DNA of 64,000 nucleotides from positions 128,001 to 192,000 of the forward strand of contig CAZUNO010000002.1 of assembly GCA_964621445.1 (NCBI GenBank), given 5' to 3'. A program made the translations under genes and the position numbers. Shown here piece after piece: positions 1 through 9,300 of this stretch. This stretch comes from Candidatus Hadarchaeota archaeon (GTDB lineage Archaea; CAYQAE01; CAYVLA01). Numbering within the stretch: the first letter of the stretch is position 1; every line of letters begins with the position of its first letter. The notes under the pieces are model-generated. The model had not been told where the DNA came from. It saw only the letters and a list, made by a program, of their open reading frames with translations, and searched no databases.

Positions 1-89
1 AGAACCGGATTGTTAATAAGGGCGGTAGATCTGCTGCCAAAGCTCAGGCTTCGGCGGGTTAAAAGGGGAAATACGGCAACAAATTGTTC

Positions 90-173
90 CTAATAGACAA
101 CGTATTGTACGATATAGCCCACCATGGCAAAAACAATAGCCCAATAGGCGATGCTGAAATATAGAAATCTCAA
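90..173 (-). CDS. possible 27-aa single-TM microprotein (MRFLYFSIAYWAIVFAMVGYIVQYVVY)
   Basis: Manual translation: TTG start at 173, TAG at 90-92, almost entirely hydrophobic. G-rich SD-like sequence (GGGGTGAGGTAAGGTG) upstream. Below the ORF-track cutoff. Confidence 0.3.
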   Translation of the reverse strand: MRFLYFSIAYWAIVFAMVGYIVQYVVY

Positions 174-223
174 GGACTTTGCACCTTACCTCACCCCCCC
201 TCCATTTAGCTTAAAAATATTTT

Positions 224-826
224 CTAATCATCCGAAGTATCGCAGACTTCTCTACCTTCAATTCCCCCTTTGAGGGCACTATAGCCCTTAACTTCCTTCC
301 CCTCTTCGCGTGCTCCCAGGATAATATCACATAGGTAGTAAAGAGCGGGGTGGATCATGAACTCCAACCTCTGTGGTTTTCGGGAATCGCTAAGGATAAG
401 CACCGGACATGACCTTGATAACTCCTCTAGGTATCCATGTGCTCCTAGCCAAAGCTCCCTCTTCTCCTCGAATTTGGTGGTTGGATCCGTGGTCATGATG
501 AGGGAATTCGGTCTGTTAACGATCACCGTTCCCTTGTCCTCCACCTCCACGGCACCTTTTAGATCTGATATTAATTCTCCCGCGTTTTCCGGGTGGCTGA
601 TTAACAGCATTGCCGCCGGCCAGTTTGAACCGTGCTCGAAGTCATTTAGGGTGATAGTATGATCGCAATCTAGAATCAGGGCTCTTTTTTCTTCATCCAA
701 GGCCATCTTATAGGCCTGGCTAGCCAGGTTTAGATTGGCACGTGGATGATATCCCAGAACAAGGGATATACCTTCATTCCAAAGTAATCCAGAAACGTCC
801 TGCTCCGAAAGGACGGAATCAGTCAT
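224..826 (-). CDS. RecA/RadB-fold protein with degenerate Walker A (probably inactive ATPase)
   Basis: Layout 'EGISLVLGYHPRANLNLASQ...KRALILDCD' parallels RadB/KaiC 'GxITxIxGxPGxGKTxL...KKVIYIDTE' but lacks GKT. Confidence 0.4.
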   Translation of the reverse strand: MTDSVLSEQDVSGLLWNEGISLVLGYHPRANLNLASQAYKMALDEEKRALILDCDHTITLNDFEHGSNWPAAMLLISHPENAGELISDLKGAVEVEDKGTVIVNRPNSLIMTTDPTTKFEEKRELWLGAHGYLEELSRSCPVLILSDSRKPQRLEFMIHPALYYLCDIILGAREEGKEVKGYSALKGGIEGREVCDTSDD

Positions 827-849
827 TTGCTTGCCCCGGGGAGAAGAGA

Positions 850-958
850 TAGCCCGGTACGGATTTTCGGCCTAAGAGGCATTCGAACCGCAGTCCACGG
901 ATATCTCCGAAACAGGATCGCCAGAGTCCGCGATGCTTGACCGCTACACTACCGGGCT
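850..958 (-). tRNA. tRNA-Gln(CUG) with two introns (37/38: 903-920; 59/60: 864-881)
   Basis: Reverse complement folds into a cloverleaf: acceptor AGCCCGG/CCGGGCT with A1-U72 (archaeal Gln), D-arm GTGT/GCAT, anticodon stem GCGGA/TCCGT with loop CT-CTG-GA, T-arm TGCGG-TTCGAAT-CCGTA. Both 18-nt inserts form bulge-helix-bulge motifs. Mature length 73 nt, CCA not encoded. Confidence 0.95.
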
Positions 959-987
959 ATTCCAAGTTCATTTGGGATTCCGATTTA

Positions 988-2268
988 TTAACTATTTCTT
1001 GCCCAATCTGAAACAAAGACCCGGGGACGTTCAAGGGTGAAAATTCCCGGCATGATCCCATTAATTTCCCTCTCGGGTCTCGTTCGTCTGTAAACCTCTC
1101 TTAGAATTTTCTCCTCTCGATCGTTAGGAACCAAATTTCTCCTAGACATCACCCTGCGCTGGGTGGTGAGCGCCGATTTGAGCTTTAACTCCTTGGATTC
1201 TCCATTATTTCCGTCCGCCCACATGGAAAATGATGGAATGCAACCTAGCCCTTCTCCATAGATCTGGCTGGCAACGCCGAGGCTTGTACCAGGATTTATC
1301 TTCACCCCTGCCGACAATTTTACGTGATCCGCTATTGCACAACCGAGCTTCATCAGCCCGGTGTCGATTTCTCCATCCTCTCTCCTTACCCTTACCGGTC
1401 CATATGAATTTTTAAGCTCGCTGGTTATGGTACCCGCACCTACATTGACCCACTGGGATATGTAGGATCGTGCTATAAGTGACGCATGGCTGATGTTTGA
1501 ATGGGCCATCATTATCGACTCGGAACATTCACCATGAACTTTGCACCCCTCCATTATTACCGATTCCGGACCTACCTCTCCTCCCATGACCACCGTTTCC
1601 TTCCCTATGTAGATCGGCCCCCGGATCATGCTGTGTGAACGAACCTCCACTCCATTATCGAGATATATGGGGCCATCACGGGTATCAAGAAGGCAAAAGG
1701 GTTCGATGTAGGTATTTTTATGGCAAAAGAGATCGCGGCCCAGAACACTCGAACTTGGCAAACTGGTTATCCTTTTCCCGTGTTTCGAGAGTGAAAAAAG
1801 GTCCTTTGATAGGGCACTCCCATTGTTGATTATCAAGTCCCAGAAATATTCGATCATGTGAGCAGATTCATCGAGATCTATCTCCTCAACCTCCCTAGGA
1901 AGGGAATCCTCATTAAAACCGGATCTCTTGAACTTTATCCCCTCCTCTTGTCCAAGAAAAGCGGCGGCCAGTTCCCCATCAACGAAGAAAGCTATCTTCC
2001 CCGTCTCTGACCCCGATACCAGATCCCTTAACTGATATCCAAGATCAAGCACCCTTCCGTTAACGAAAAGGGTCCTCCCCCTTATCTTAGGATCGGGGCG
2101 GTAGCTGAGATAATCCCTGCATATGTACCTGAAATCGAATTCAGGAAGTGCCTCCTCTATTCTATCGCCCAGTGTCTGCGCACCACAGACCAGGTCGTAA
2201 ACAGGCCTCGTCCATGTCAGTGGCAGTAGCCGCTTGAATCCTTCGTCCTCGTAAATTATCCCATTCAT
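988..2268 (-). CDS. GlmU-related sugar-nucleotidyl/acyltransferase (NTP_transf_4 N-terminus plus hexapeptide repeats)
   Basis: 'LLPLTWTRPVYDLVCG' N-terminus, hexapeptide repeats, 'WVNVGAGTITSELKNSYG'. Directly downstream of glmS. Confidence 0.8.
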   Translation of the reverse strand: MNGIIYEDEGFKRLLPLTWTRPVYDLVCGAQTLGDRIEEALPEFDFRYICRDYLSYRPDPKIRGRTLFVNGRVLDLGYQLRDLVSGSETGKIAFFVDGELAAAFLGQEEGIKFKRSGFNEDSLPREVEEIDLDESAHMIEYFWDLIINNGSALSKDLFSLSKHGKRITSLPSSSVLGRDLFCHKNTYIEPFCLLDTRDGPIYLDNGVEVRSHSMIRGPIYIGKETVVMGGEVGPESVIMEGCKVHGECSESIMMAHSNISHASLIARSYISQWVNVGAGTITSELKNSYGPVRVRREDGEIDTGLMKLGCAIADHVKLSAGVKINPGTSLGVASQIYGEGLGCIPSFSMWADGNNGESKELKLKSALTTQRRVMSRRNLVPNDREEKILREVYRRTRPEREINGIMPGIFTLERPRVFVSDWARNS

Positions 2269-2272
2269 TCAA

Positions 2273-4033
2273 TCACCTAACCGTAACACATTTGGCAAGA
2301 TTCCTAGGTCTATCCGGATTGTTACCCCTCAAAATGGCCATATGATAGGCCAGAAGCTGCGCCGGTACAATGCCCATTACGGAAAAAAGATCCCCCGAAC
2401 CGGGAACGACGAATTGTTCATCAAATTCCAGCTCATCTCCATTTGTTATCCCAATTAACCTTGCTCCCCGTGTTTTTGCCTCTCGGGCGCTATTCACGAT
2501 CCCCAGGCTGTCCTGAGCAGCAAAAACTAGGCAGGGCACGCCCTCAGATATCAGAGCCAGGCTGCCATGACGGAGCTCGCTCCCCTCCAGGCCCAGGGAG
2601 GGAAGATAGCATATCTCCCGGATCTTCAACGCGGTCTCAAGGGCGGAAGGATAGGTCAGGTCCCGTCCGATAACGGCAATTACCGATGAGTCCTTCATGG
2701 ATTTTGCCAACCTGCCGGCCTCTTCATCCCATCTTGGTATCCATGTGGCCATGGACCCAGCTGCTTCAATAAGCTTCGACCTTCCCCGGTCCATGGTACC
2801 CCTCATTGCCTGGGCCATTAGGTAAAATGCAGCTACCTCCGCGATATAGGTCTTGGTCGCGGCCACGCTCACTTCGACCCCGGCACCCAAACATATGGAG
2901 AAATCGCTTGCCCTTTCCAGGGTCGACTGGGCATTATTCATCATCCCCACAACCCGGGTTCCCTGTCCTCGGGCGCATTCAACGGCGTCCAGAATATCGC
3001 TGGTCTCTCCCGACTGACTCACCGCCAATACCAGGTCATTCTCCCCCAAAATTTTGCTAAAAGAGGAAAAGCGGGATGAGAGCATGGGGTAGGTGCACAA
3101 GCCCCCTAGTTCGTTAATTAGGTAGGAACCGGTCAGACAAGCGTGATAGCTTGTCCCCGAACCAATCAGGAACGCTCTCTCACACCTGGAAATAGCACCC
3201 GCCATTTCCTCCAGGCCCTGAATTGAGCTCTTCCCGGACCTGTACAAGACATTCGGCTGCTGGTATATCTCCTTCTTCATGAAATGGGCGTAGCCGGATC
3301 TTCCAAGGTCCCTCGACCAATCCATTCTTGTATGAGACCGTCTTGTGACTGATCTCCCCTGCGAGCTCTCGATTAGTTCGGATCTTCCCTGCGAGATTAA
3401 GGCGATCTCGCCATCCTCGAGGGCTGTGAAGTTGCAGACGAATTTGGGCAGGCAGAAGGGGTCGGAGGAGGCCACACGGCCATCGGGTCCCTCCCCTATG
3501 ACCAGCGGAAGACCTTTTTTGCAGGCCACTATGTGATCCCGGTCCCAGGACGTCAGGACCAGAAAAGAGTACTTTCCCTCCAGCCTCCGAGAGCTATTTG
3601 AAATTGCAATGGACAACTCACTTCCTTCCCGAACCTCTTCCTCGACCAGGTGACTTATCACCTCGGTGTCGGTATCGCTGGTGAATCTGTGTCCCCGATT
3701 CGTGAGTTCCTCCCTGAGAATGTCCGCATTCTCAACGATTCCGTTGTGAACTATTGCGATATTACCGGAGCAATCAACCTGTGGATGGGCATTGGAAATG
3801 GTGACCTCCCCATGCGTGGCCCACCGGGTATGCCCTATCCCGATATTGCCCCCGAGCTCCCCCCCAGCGCTGGACAGGCCCTCGACTGGACCCATGCATT
3901 TCTTCCACTGCAACTCCCTATCAATGGTGGCAATACCGGCCGAGTCATATCCCCGATATTCCAGTTTAGCCAGGCATTCCATTAGAATCGGTGCCGCCCT
4001 TCCTTTGCCAATATACCCGATAATACCACACAT
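2273..4033 (-). CDS. glmS: glutamine--fructose-6-phosphate aminotransferase (isomerizing)
   Basis: MCGIIG start, LEYRGYDSAG, GHTRWATHG, SQSGET, AATKT, PRNLAK motifs. Confidence 0.95.
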   Translation of the reverse strand: MCGIIGYIGKGRAAPILMECLAKLEYRGYDSAGIATIDRELQWKKCMGPVEGLSSAGGELGGNIGIGHTRWATHGEVTISNAHPQVDCSGNIAIVHNGIVENADILREELTNRGHRFTSDTDTEVISHLVEEEVREGSELSIAISNSSRRLEGKYSFLVLTSWDRDHIVACKKGLPLVIGEGPDGRVASSDPFCLPKFVCNFTALEDGEIALISQGRSELIESSQGRSVTRRSHTRMDWSRDLGRSGYAHFMKKEIYQQPNVLYRSGKSSIQGLEEMAGAISRCERAFLIGSGTSYHACLTGSYLINELGGLCTYPMLSSRFSSFSKILGENDLVLAVSQSGETSDILDAVECARGQGTRVVGMMNNAQSTLERASDFSICLGAGVEVSVAATKTYIAEVAAFYLMAQAMRGTMDRGRSKLIEAAGSMATWIPRWDEEAGRLAKSMKDSSVIAVIGRDLTYPSALETALKIREICYLPSLGLEGSELRHGSLALISEGVPCLVFAAQDSLGIVNSAREAKTRGARLIGITNGDELEFDEQFVVPGSGDLFSVMGIVPAQLLAYHMAILRGNNPDRPRNLAKCVTVR

Positions 4034-4201
4034 CTACAAAATCTGTTCTAGTAGTTAGTTTTCTTTATGGAAAACTATTTCTCAAAATGTATTTTTTCCG
4101 GTATGATTCAATTTGTAGTGATGGTTAGGTATTGTGAGGTCTATGGCCTCCAAAAGAAGCACCACCAAAAACTTTTTTACCACTGGTTGAAAAGCGGTCC
4201 T

Positions 4202-5152
4202 GTGATAATTCTCAACCGTAAGGAAGGCAGATACTACTCCAGAGAAGCCAAAGTTGTCGAGAACCCCGAGGATCTAAAGGCCATTCTCAGCAGGATCAGG
4301 TGGAAGATCCTGGAGCTCCTTTCCGAAGAGCCGATGTACCCGGCAGAAATCGCTAGAAATCTGCATATGCAGGAACAGAAGGTCCATTATCACGTCAAGT
4401 ATTTGAGAAATGCAGGTGCCATCGAGCCCTGCCGCCGGGAACGCATCAGAGGGGGACTGGCAACCTACTACAAGCCTTCTTCTCCGGCCTTCGCCGTTGT
4501 TCTGCCGTTTGGGGAAAGCGAGTTCTCGAACATCAAACCCGGTCTTGAGGAAAATGCTCTGACATCCTTCCTTTCCTCCTTTACCAGGGATGGAACACTC
4601 AATGCGCGCATGATTGTGGGATCACCGATACCTCACGGCCCATTCAAGGCCACAGCAAGAGACGGCCATTACGTCGCCCATCTCGGTCTCTTCCTGGGTC
4701 ACTTCGTGAAGGTTCCGGACCATTTCTGTGTCAAGTTGGATACGGATCTCAAGGCAGAGAAGGAGGAGGACCAGGACCTGATCCTAATCGGCGGGCCGGG
4801 AACCAATCTCATAACCAGCGAGGTAAACCCCGAGCTGCCAATACGTTTTAGCGAGGACAACTTCTGGCGGGGAATAGAATCGAGTCAAAGCGGGGATCAC
4901 TATACCCAGGACTCCGTGGGTATCGTCGCCAAGATACCAAATCCAAAGAATGATGATGCTTCCATTCTGGTGCTGGCCGGTCTGAGGGCGATTGGAACCA
5001 AGTCCACCGTTCTTGGTCTCTGCGACCAGTGGGAGGAACTCCTGAAGGGGTATCACGGCCAGGACACCTGGGCCTGTGCGGTTAGGGGATACGATTTCGA
5101 TGGAGACGGGAAGGTGGATGGGGTGGAGGTACTCGAGAGGGTTACCTCCTAG
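4202..5152 (+). CDS. ArsR-type wHTH transcriptional regulator with C-terminal putative ligand-binding domain
   Basis: 'RWKILELLSEEPMYPAEIARNL...VHYHVKYLRNAG' HTH and 'LILIGGPGTN' domain. Divergent from glmS. ORF is open from 4067, but GTG 4202 (or TTG 4187) after a T-rich TATA-like box is the more likely start. Confidence 0.8.
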   Translation: MIILNRKEGRYYSREAKVVENPEDLKAILSRIRWKILELLSEEPMYPAEIARNLHMQEQKVHYHVKYLRNAGAIEPCRRERIRGGLATYYKPSSPAFAVVLPFGESEFSNIKPGLEENALTSFLSSFTRDGTLNARMIVGSPIPHGPFKATARDGHYVAHLGLFLGHFVKVPDHFCVKLDTDLKAEKEEDQDLILIGGPGTNLITSEVNPELPIRFSEDNFWRGIESSQSGDHYTQDSVGIVAKIPNPKNDDASILVLAGLRAIGTKSTVLGLCDQWEELLKGYHGQDTWACAVRGYDFDGDGKVDGVEVLERVTS

Positions 5153-5306
5153 CCAGTTGGGAGGCCACGGGGAAACATAATTGCACGAATAATATCACTA
5201 GGTGACACTTTTAAGAAACCTGGAGAAGATAGAAACCCACGAACTGGCACCAAAGCCCTATTACCATTAATTGGAAAACGGGCTGGTCCGGACGGGAGGA
5301 ATAAAC

Positions 5307-6332
5307 ATGGCCAAAATGAAACAGGCTAACCTGATAGGTGAAACCAAGCTAGAGCTTGAGGAGGCAGAAATCCCTGAGCCCAAACGACGGGAAATCCAGA
5401 TCAAGATCGAGGTATGCGGTATCTGTGGGTCGGATGTACATGCATATTACGGAAAACATCCTTTCGTAAGCCCGCCCATCGTGCCTGGACACGAGTTCTC
5501 GGGAACCATATCCAAACTTGGAGAAGGAGTCGGTGGGTTCAAAGCGGGGGATCGGGTCACCGTTGAGCCCTCACTTACCTGTGGTGAATGTTATAACTGC
5601 AGACATGGACTCTACAACATCTGTGCAAACCTTGAGGTACTTGGTTGCCAAGCTCCGGGGGCCTTTGCTCAATACATAAGCGTACCCGCAGAGAAGGTAT
5701 ATTCCCTCCCCGACGAGCTCGATTTCGATGCCGGTGCACTGGTGGAACCCTCCGCAGTGGGGGTACACGCGGTCAGGAAAAGCGAGCTCGGTCTCGGGGA
5801 TCGAGTCGTCGTTTTGGGTGCGGGAGTGATCGGACAGACGATAGTTCAGGCTGCTAGAGTGGCCGGGGCCGGTGAAATCATCGTCACCGGGCATCACGAG
5901 GGAAGGCTTGAGGTGGCCGAGGAGTTGGGTGCCGATGTAACATTCCTCGCCGGGGACACCGTGAAATTCATCGAGGACAACTACGGCCCCGACGGGATTG
6001 ATATCGTCTATGAGGCCGTGGGAGTTGGCACCACCATAAATCAGGCCATCGATATAGTACGAAAGGGAGCAAAGGTCATAGTAGTGGGGGTATTTGGCAA
6101 ACACCCGGAGACCAAGGTCGGTCTCATACAGGATAAGGAGATCGACATGCGAGGGGCCCTGATGTATGTACAGGAGGACTACCCCAGGACCATTGATCTT
6201 ATTGCCAAGGGTGAAATAAAGACTGAGCCCCTCATAACCTCCCGTTATCCGCTCGAACGGGTCTCAGAAGCCTTCGATCTAATTATGAACCAAAGGGACG
6301 ACACCCTGAAGGTCCTTCTGGACATTCCTTAG
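5307..6332 (+). CDS. zinc-binding dehydrogenase (sorbitol/threonine dehydrogenase family)
   Basis: CGICGSD, GHE, CxxCxxC...C structural Zn site, GAGVIG. GGAGG SD before ATG 5307. Confidence 0.9.
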   Translation: MAKMKQANLIGETKLELEEAEIPEPKRREIQIKIEVCGICGSDVHAYYGKHPFVSPPIVPGHEFSGTISKLGEGVGGFKAGDRVTVEPSLTCGECYNCRHGLYNICANLEVLGCQAPGAFAQYISVPAEKVYSLPDELDFDAGALVEPSAVGVHAVRKSELGLGDRVVVLGAGVIGQTIVQAARVAGAGEIIVTGHHEGRLEVAEELGADVTFLAGDTVKFIEDNYGPDGIDIVYEAVGVGTTINQAIDIVRKGAKVIVVGVFGKHPETKVGLIQDKEIDMRGALMYVQEDYPRTIDLIAKGEIKTEPLITSRYPLERVSEAFDLIMNQRDDTLKVLLDIP

Positions 6333-9300
6333 ATCCCATTCCTGGCGCCAAACGTCTTCAGGCCGAATACTAGGACCATGCAGCCTATCAATAGGCTCAA
6401 AACGGCAAGCGGGAACGTGTTCCCGGTGGATGTCCTGAATCCAACATCCCCGGAAGGCTCTTCCATATTTTCATCTCCAAAGCGCGATGCGACCTCGCCG
6501 CTTACCTGGAAGTCCACCCCCCTCGCCTCCGTTCTGACCTCGGGCTTGTAGTAGGAATATGCCGTGCTTGTCCCTCCCTTGGCCTTTACCGGTAGCAATG
6601 CCCTTATGTCAAACCCTATCTCGAGTTCCTCGCCTCTCTGAAGATCGTCGACATAGAAGATCACCTTCCTTCCACCTATCTCGTATCGGGTGGCCAGTCC
6701 ATCGGAAATTACCTGTTCGAGGCTGGAGTGCACGGGGGAGAATCCCGTGGGAACCGAAATGTCCAGGATCATCATGCCCGTCGAGTTGTAGGCCCCGGTG
6801 TATCTTGCCCTGGCAAGAACGTGAACTATGTCGTCCACCTCCACGCTTGTGGTATTGTATTCGATATCGAGCTCGAATTCGGGATTCGGATTCAAATCGC
6901 CAGGAAGGTTGAATCTCTTGGCCAGCTGAATTGTTACCTCACCCTCCCCCTTCATCTCGACAACCAGCTCCTCTCCTGCCAACGGGATGTCAATCACGTT
7001 TAGGACATCGAAGTTCTCCGCGGTTAGTTCCAGCGTGGTTAGCTTCTCGCCATCGACCTTTACCTCTATGGAGGAGTCAATGGTTCGAGTCTGCAGGCGT
7101 GCCGCCTTCATCAAGGCCTTCAAAGCCCACACCGTGTCCTGGGTGCTGCAGAAGCCACCCAAGGAGTTCCTCTGAGATGACAGCCAACGTACGGCTTGTT
7201 CGGCCTCTGACCTGCCCTCCAACATGAGTGCAAGAGCGGCGTAGGAAGTCGTCTCCACCGCATTTGATCTCTCTGACCCAGCGGCCCAGAATATCCCATG
7301 CTCATCCGTTCGGGCCATTTCCAGAAGGCGGCTTATCGCCTGCTCTGCATGGGGAGAACCAACCTTCTCCAGAAGAAGGGCCGCCAGGGCAAGAGTGTAG
7401 GGGTCCTCGGCCTGGATGGCGTTCTCCTCGATATACTGCACGGCCGCCTGAAGGCTGTCCTCGGCATTTCCATAATCTGATAGTGCTATGCCCACAAATG
7501 CAGTTAGAGCACTTCTGGACGATGGATCAAGACCACCAAGCATCTCCTGGTGACAAACGAAGCCAACGGGACTGAAGGAGCCGTTTCCATTTTGATGATC
7601 CCCAATCCAGGAGGCAGCATCCGAGAGCACGGTACTATCTATGCTCATTACCTCCCTGCATTCGCTGAAGATATCCAGGACAAATGAGGTCAGGAAGAGA
7701 CTGCCCTGGTCATCGTTTTCACCGAATGCCGAGAAGGATCCATCGCTCCTTCGGAAGGTCAGCTCTCGCTGGTAGCCGGTGGTCAAGAAATGCTCGGCCT
7801 TGGCCCTTATCTCCGGCTTGATTTGCCCGGTTGCATCCAGGTACCGGAGAATCTCCAGATCAGGGGCCATGAACATCATGTTCTGTTCCCCACACCCGTA
7901 GGGCATACCCAAAAGATCGTCCACCCCGTTGATGGTCTGTGCAACCATGCTTGGAGTAACTGCAAGCTGGATAGTTCCAGAGTCATCTACCATGGCCGGA
8001 GGCATGCTTAGATTGAATTTAAGGGGGCTATCCTCGGTGATTATGTCGTTTACCACCGTTTCACAGGGAGTTCCCTCGGGCTCCACCCGTATGTTCCTCT
8101 TAACCGCGTCCGCCCTCTCATGAGTACGGGCCGTTATCTCTATCTTGAACTGGCCAACCTTCTCCGGCCTGATGGTGAAACCTATTGAGGCCACGGAGTT
8201 ACCGGGAACGGTTACGATCTTTACCCTTTCATCAACTAGTTGGAACCACGAGTCCTCCTTTAGCTCCACCTGCACCTTCTGACTGTTCTCCACGTAATTG
8301 TAGATCTGTACCAATACCGGGAACTCCTCGCCCCGGGTAACTGCATAGGGCAGGTCAGGCTCCACGAAGAAATCCTGGAAAACCTTTAGCGAGCCTTCCG
8401 TCATCCCTATGCCCTGGGGGGAGGAGCTGACGGCGTGCAGCTTCCAGGTGGTTATGGTGTCGGGGGCAGTTAGCTTGACGCTGGCCCGGCCGGTCTCGTC
8501 GGTCATCAGGGTCGGGTTCCAGTACCAGGTTTCAGGGAAAAACTGCCTAACCCGCTTTACCTCGGCCAATTCGCTGTCCTGACCGGCGGATTGGGATTTT
8601 GGCGCGGCAAAATTATCTCCACCGGCCGCCTCCAGAACCTGTAATCCATCCCTACGTAACCAATCGGGCTGGCCCTGGGGCACATCCAAGGAGCTCGAGG
8701 TCATGACCTGAATACCCGCATCCTCGAAAACCTCCATTGATCCTCGTCTCTCCGTTAAAGGCCACAGGCGGTGGCCATCGGGATGAGCCTCGGCCTGAGG
8801 ACGCATGAAGATCTTCTCCAGCTCGTTGAAAACCTGTTTTAGGTTGAGCCTCCCCTCGTTCAGGGCATATACCGATTCATCCACTATGGACAGGCCTATC
8901 ATGGTGGCAACGCCTGAGCTCGATTCGATGTCCAATGTGACCTCTTCTCCCGGTTCGCATTTATCCTTGGAAAACTCCGCCGACAGATTCACGGGGTTTA
9001 CCAGGTCAACGTCGAAGGGAATCGAGTCCGCGGCCACCTCCAGGTTGGGATTTATCACGTAGGCAACCAGCTTGGCCTTGGGCATCATATCGGGAGTTAC
9101 CTTGAAGGAGATATACCTCCCATCAGCATAACCCGAGTGTATGGTCCTGCCACCTGATACCACATCATAATAGGCATTTCTATCTGCGGTGGTCAAGACC
9201 TCGAATGTGACCTCTTCCCCCACACTCACCTCGGCAGGCGAGATCTGCACTATGTGAACGAAGTAGCCACCCGGGGAGTACTGTGCATTTAAGGTGATCT

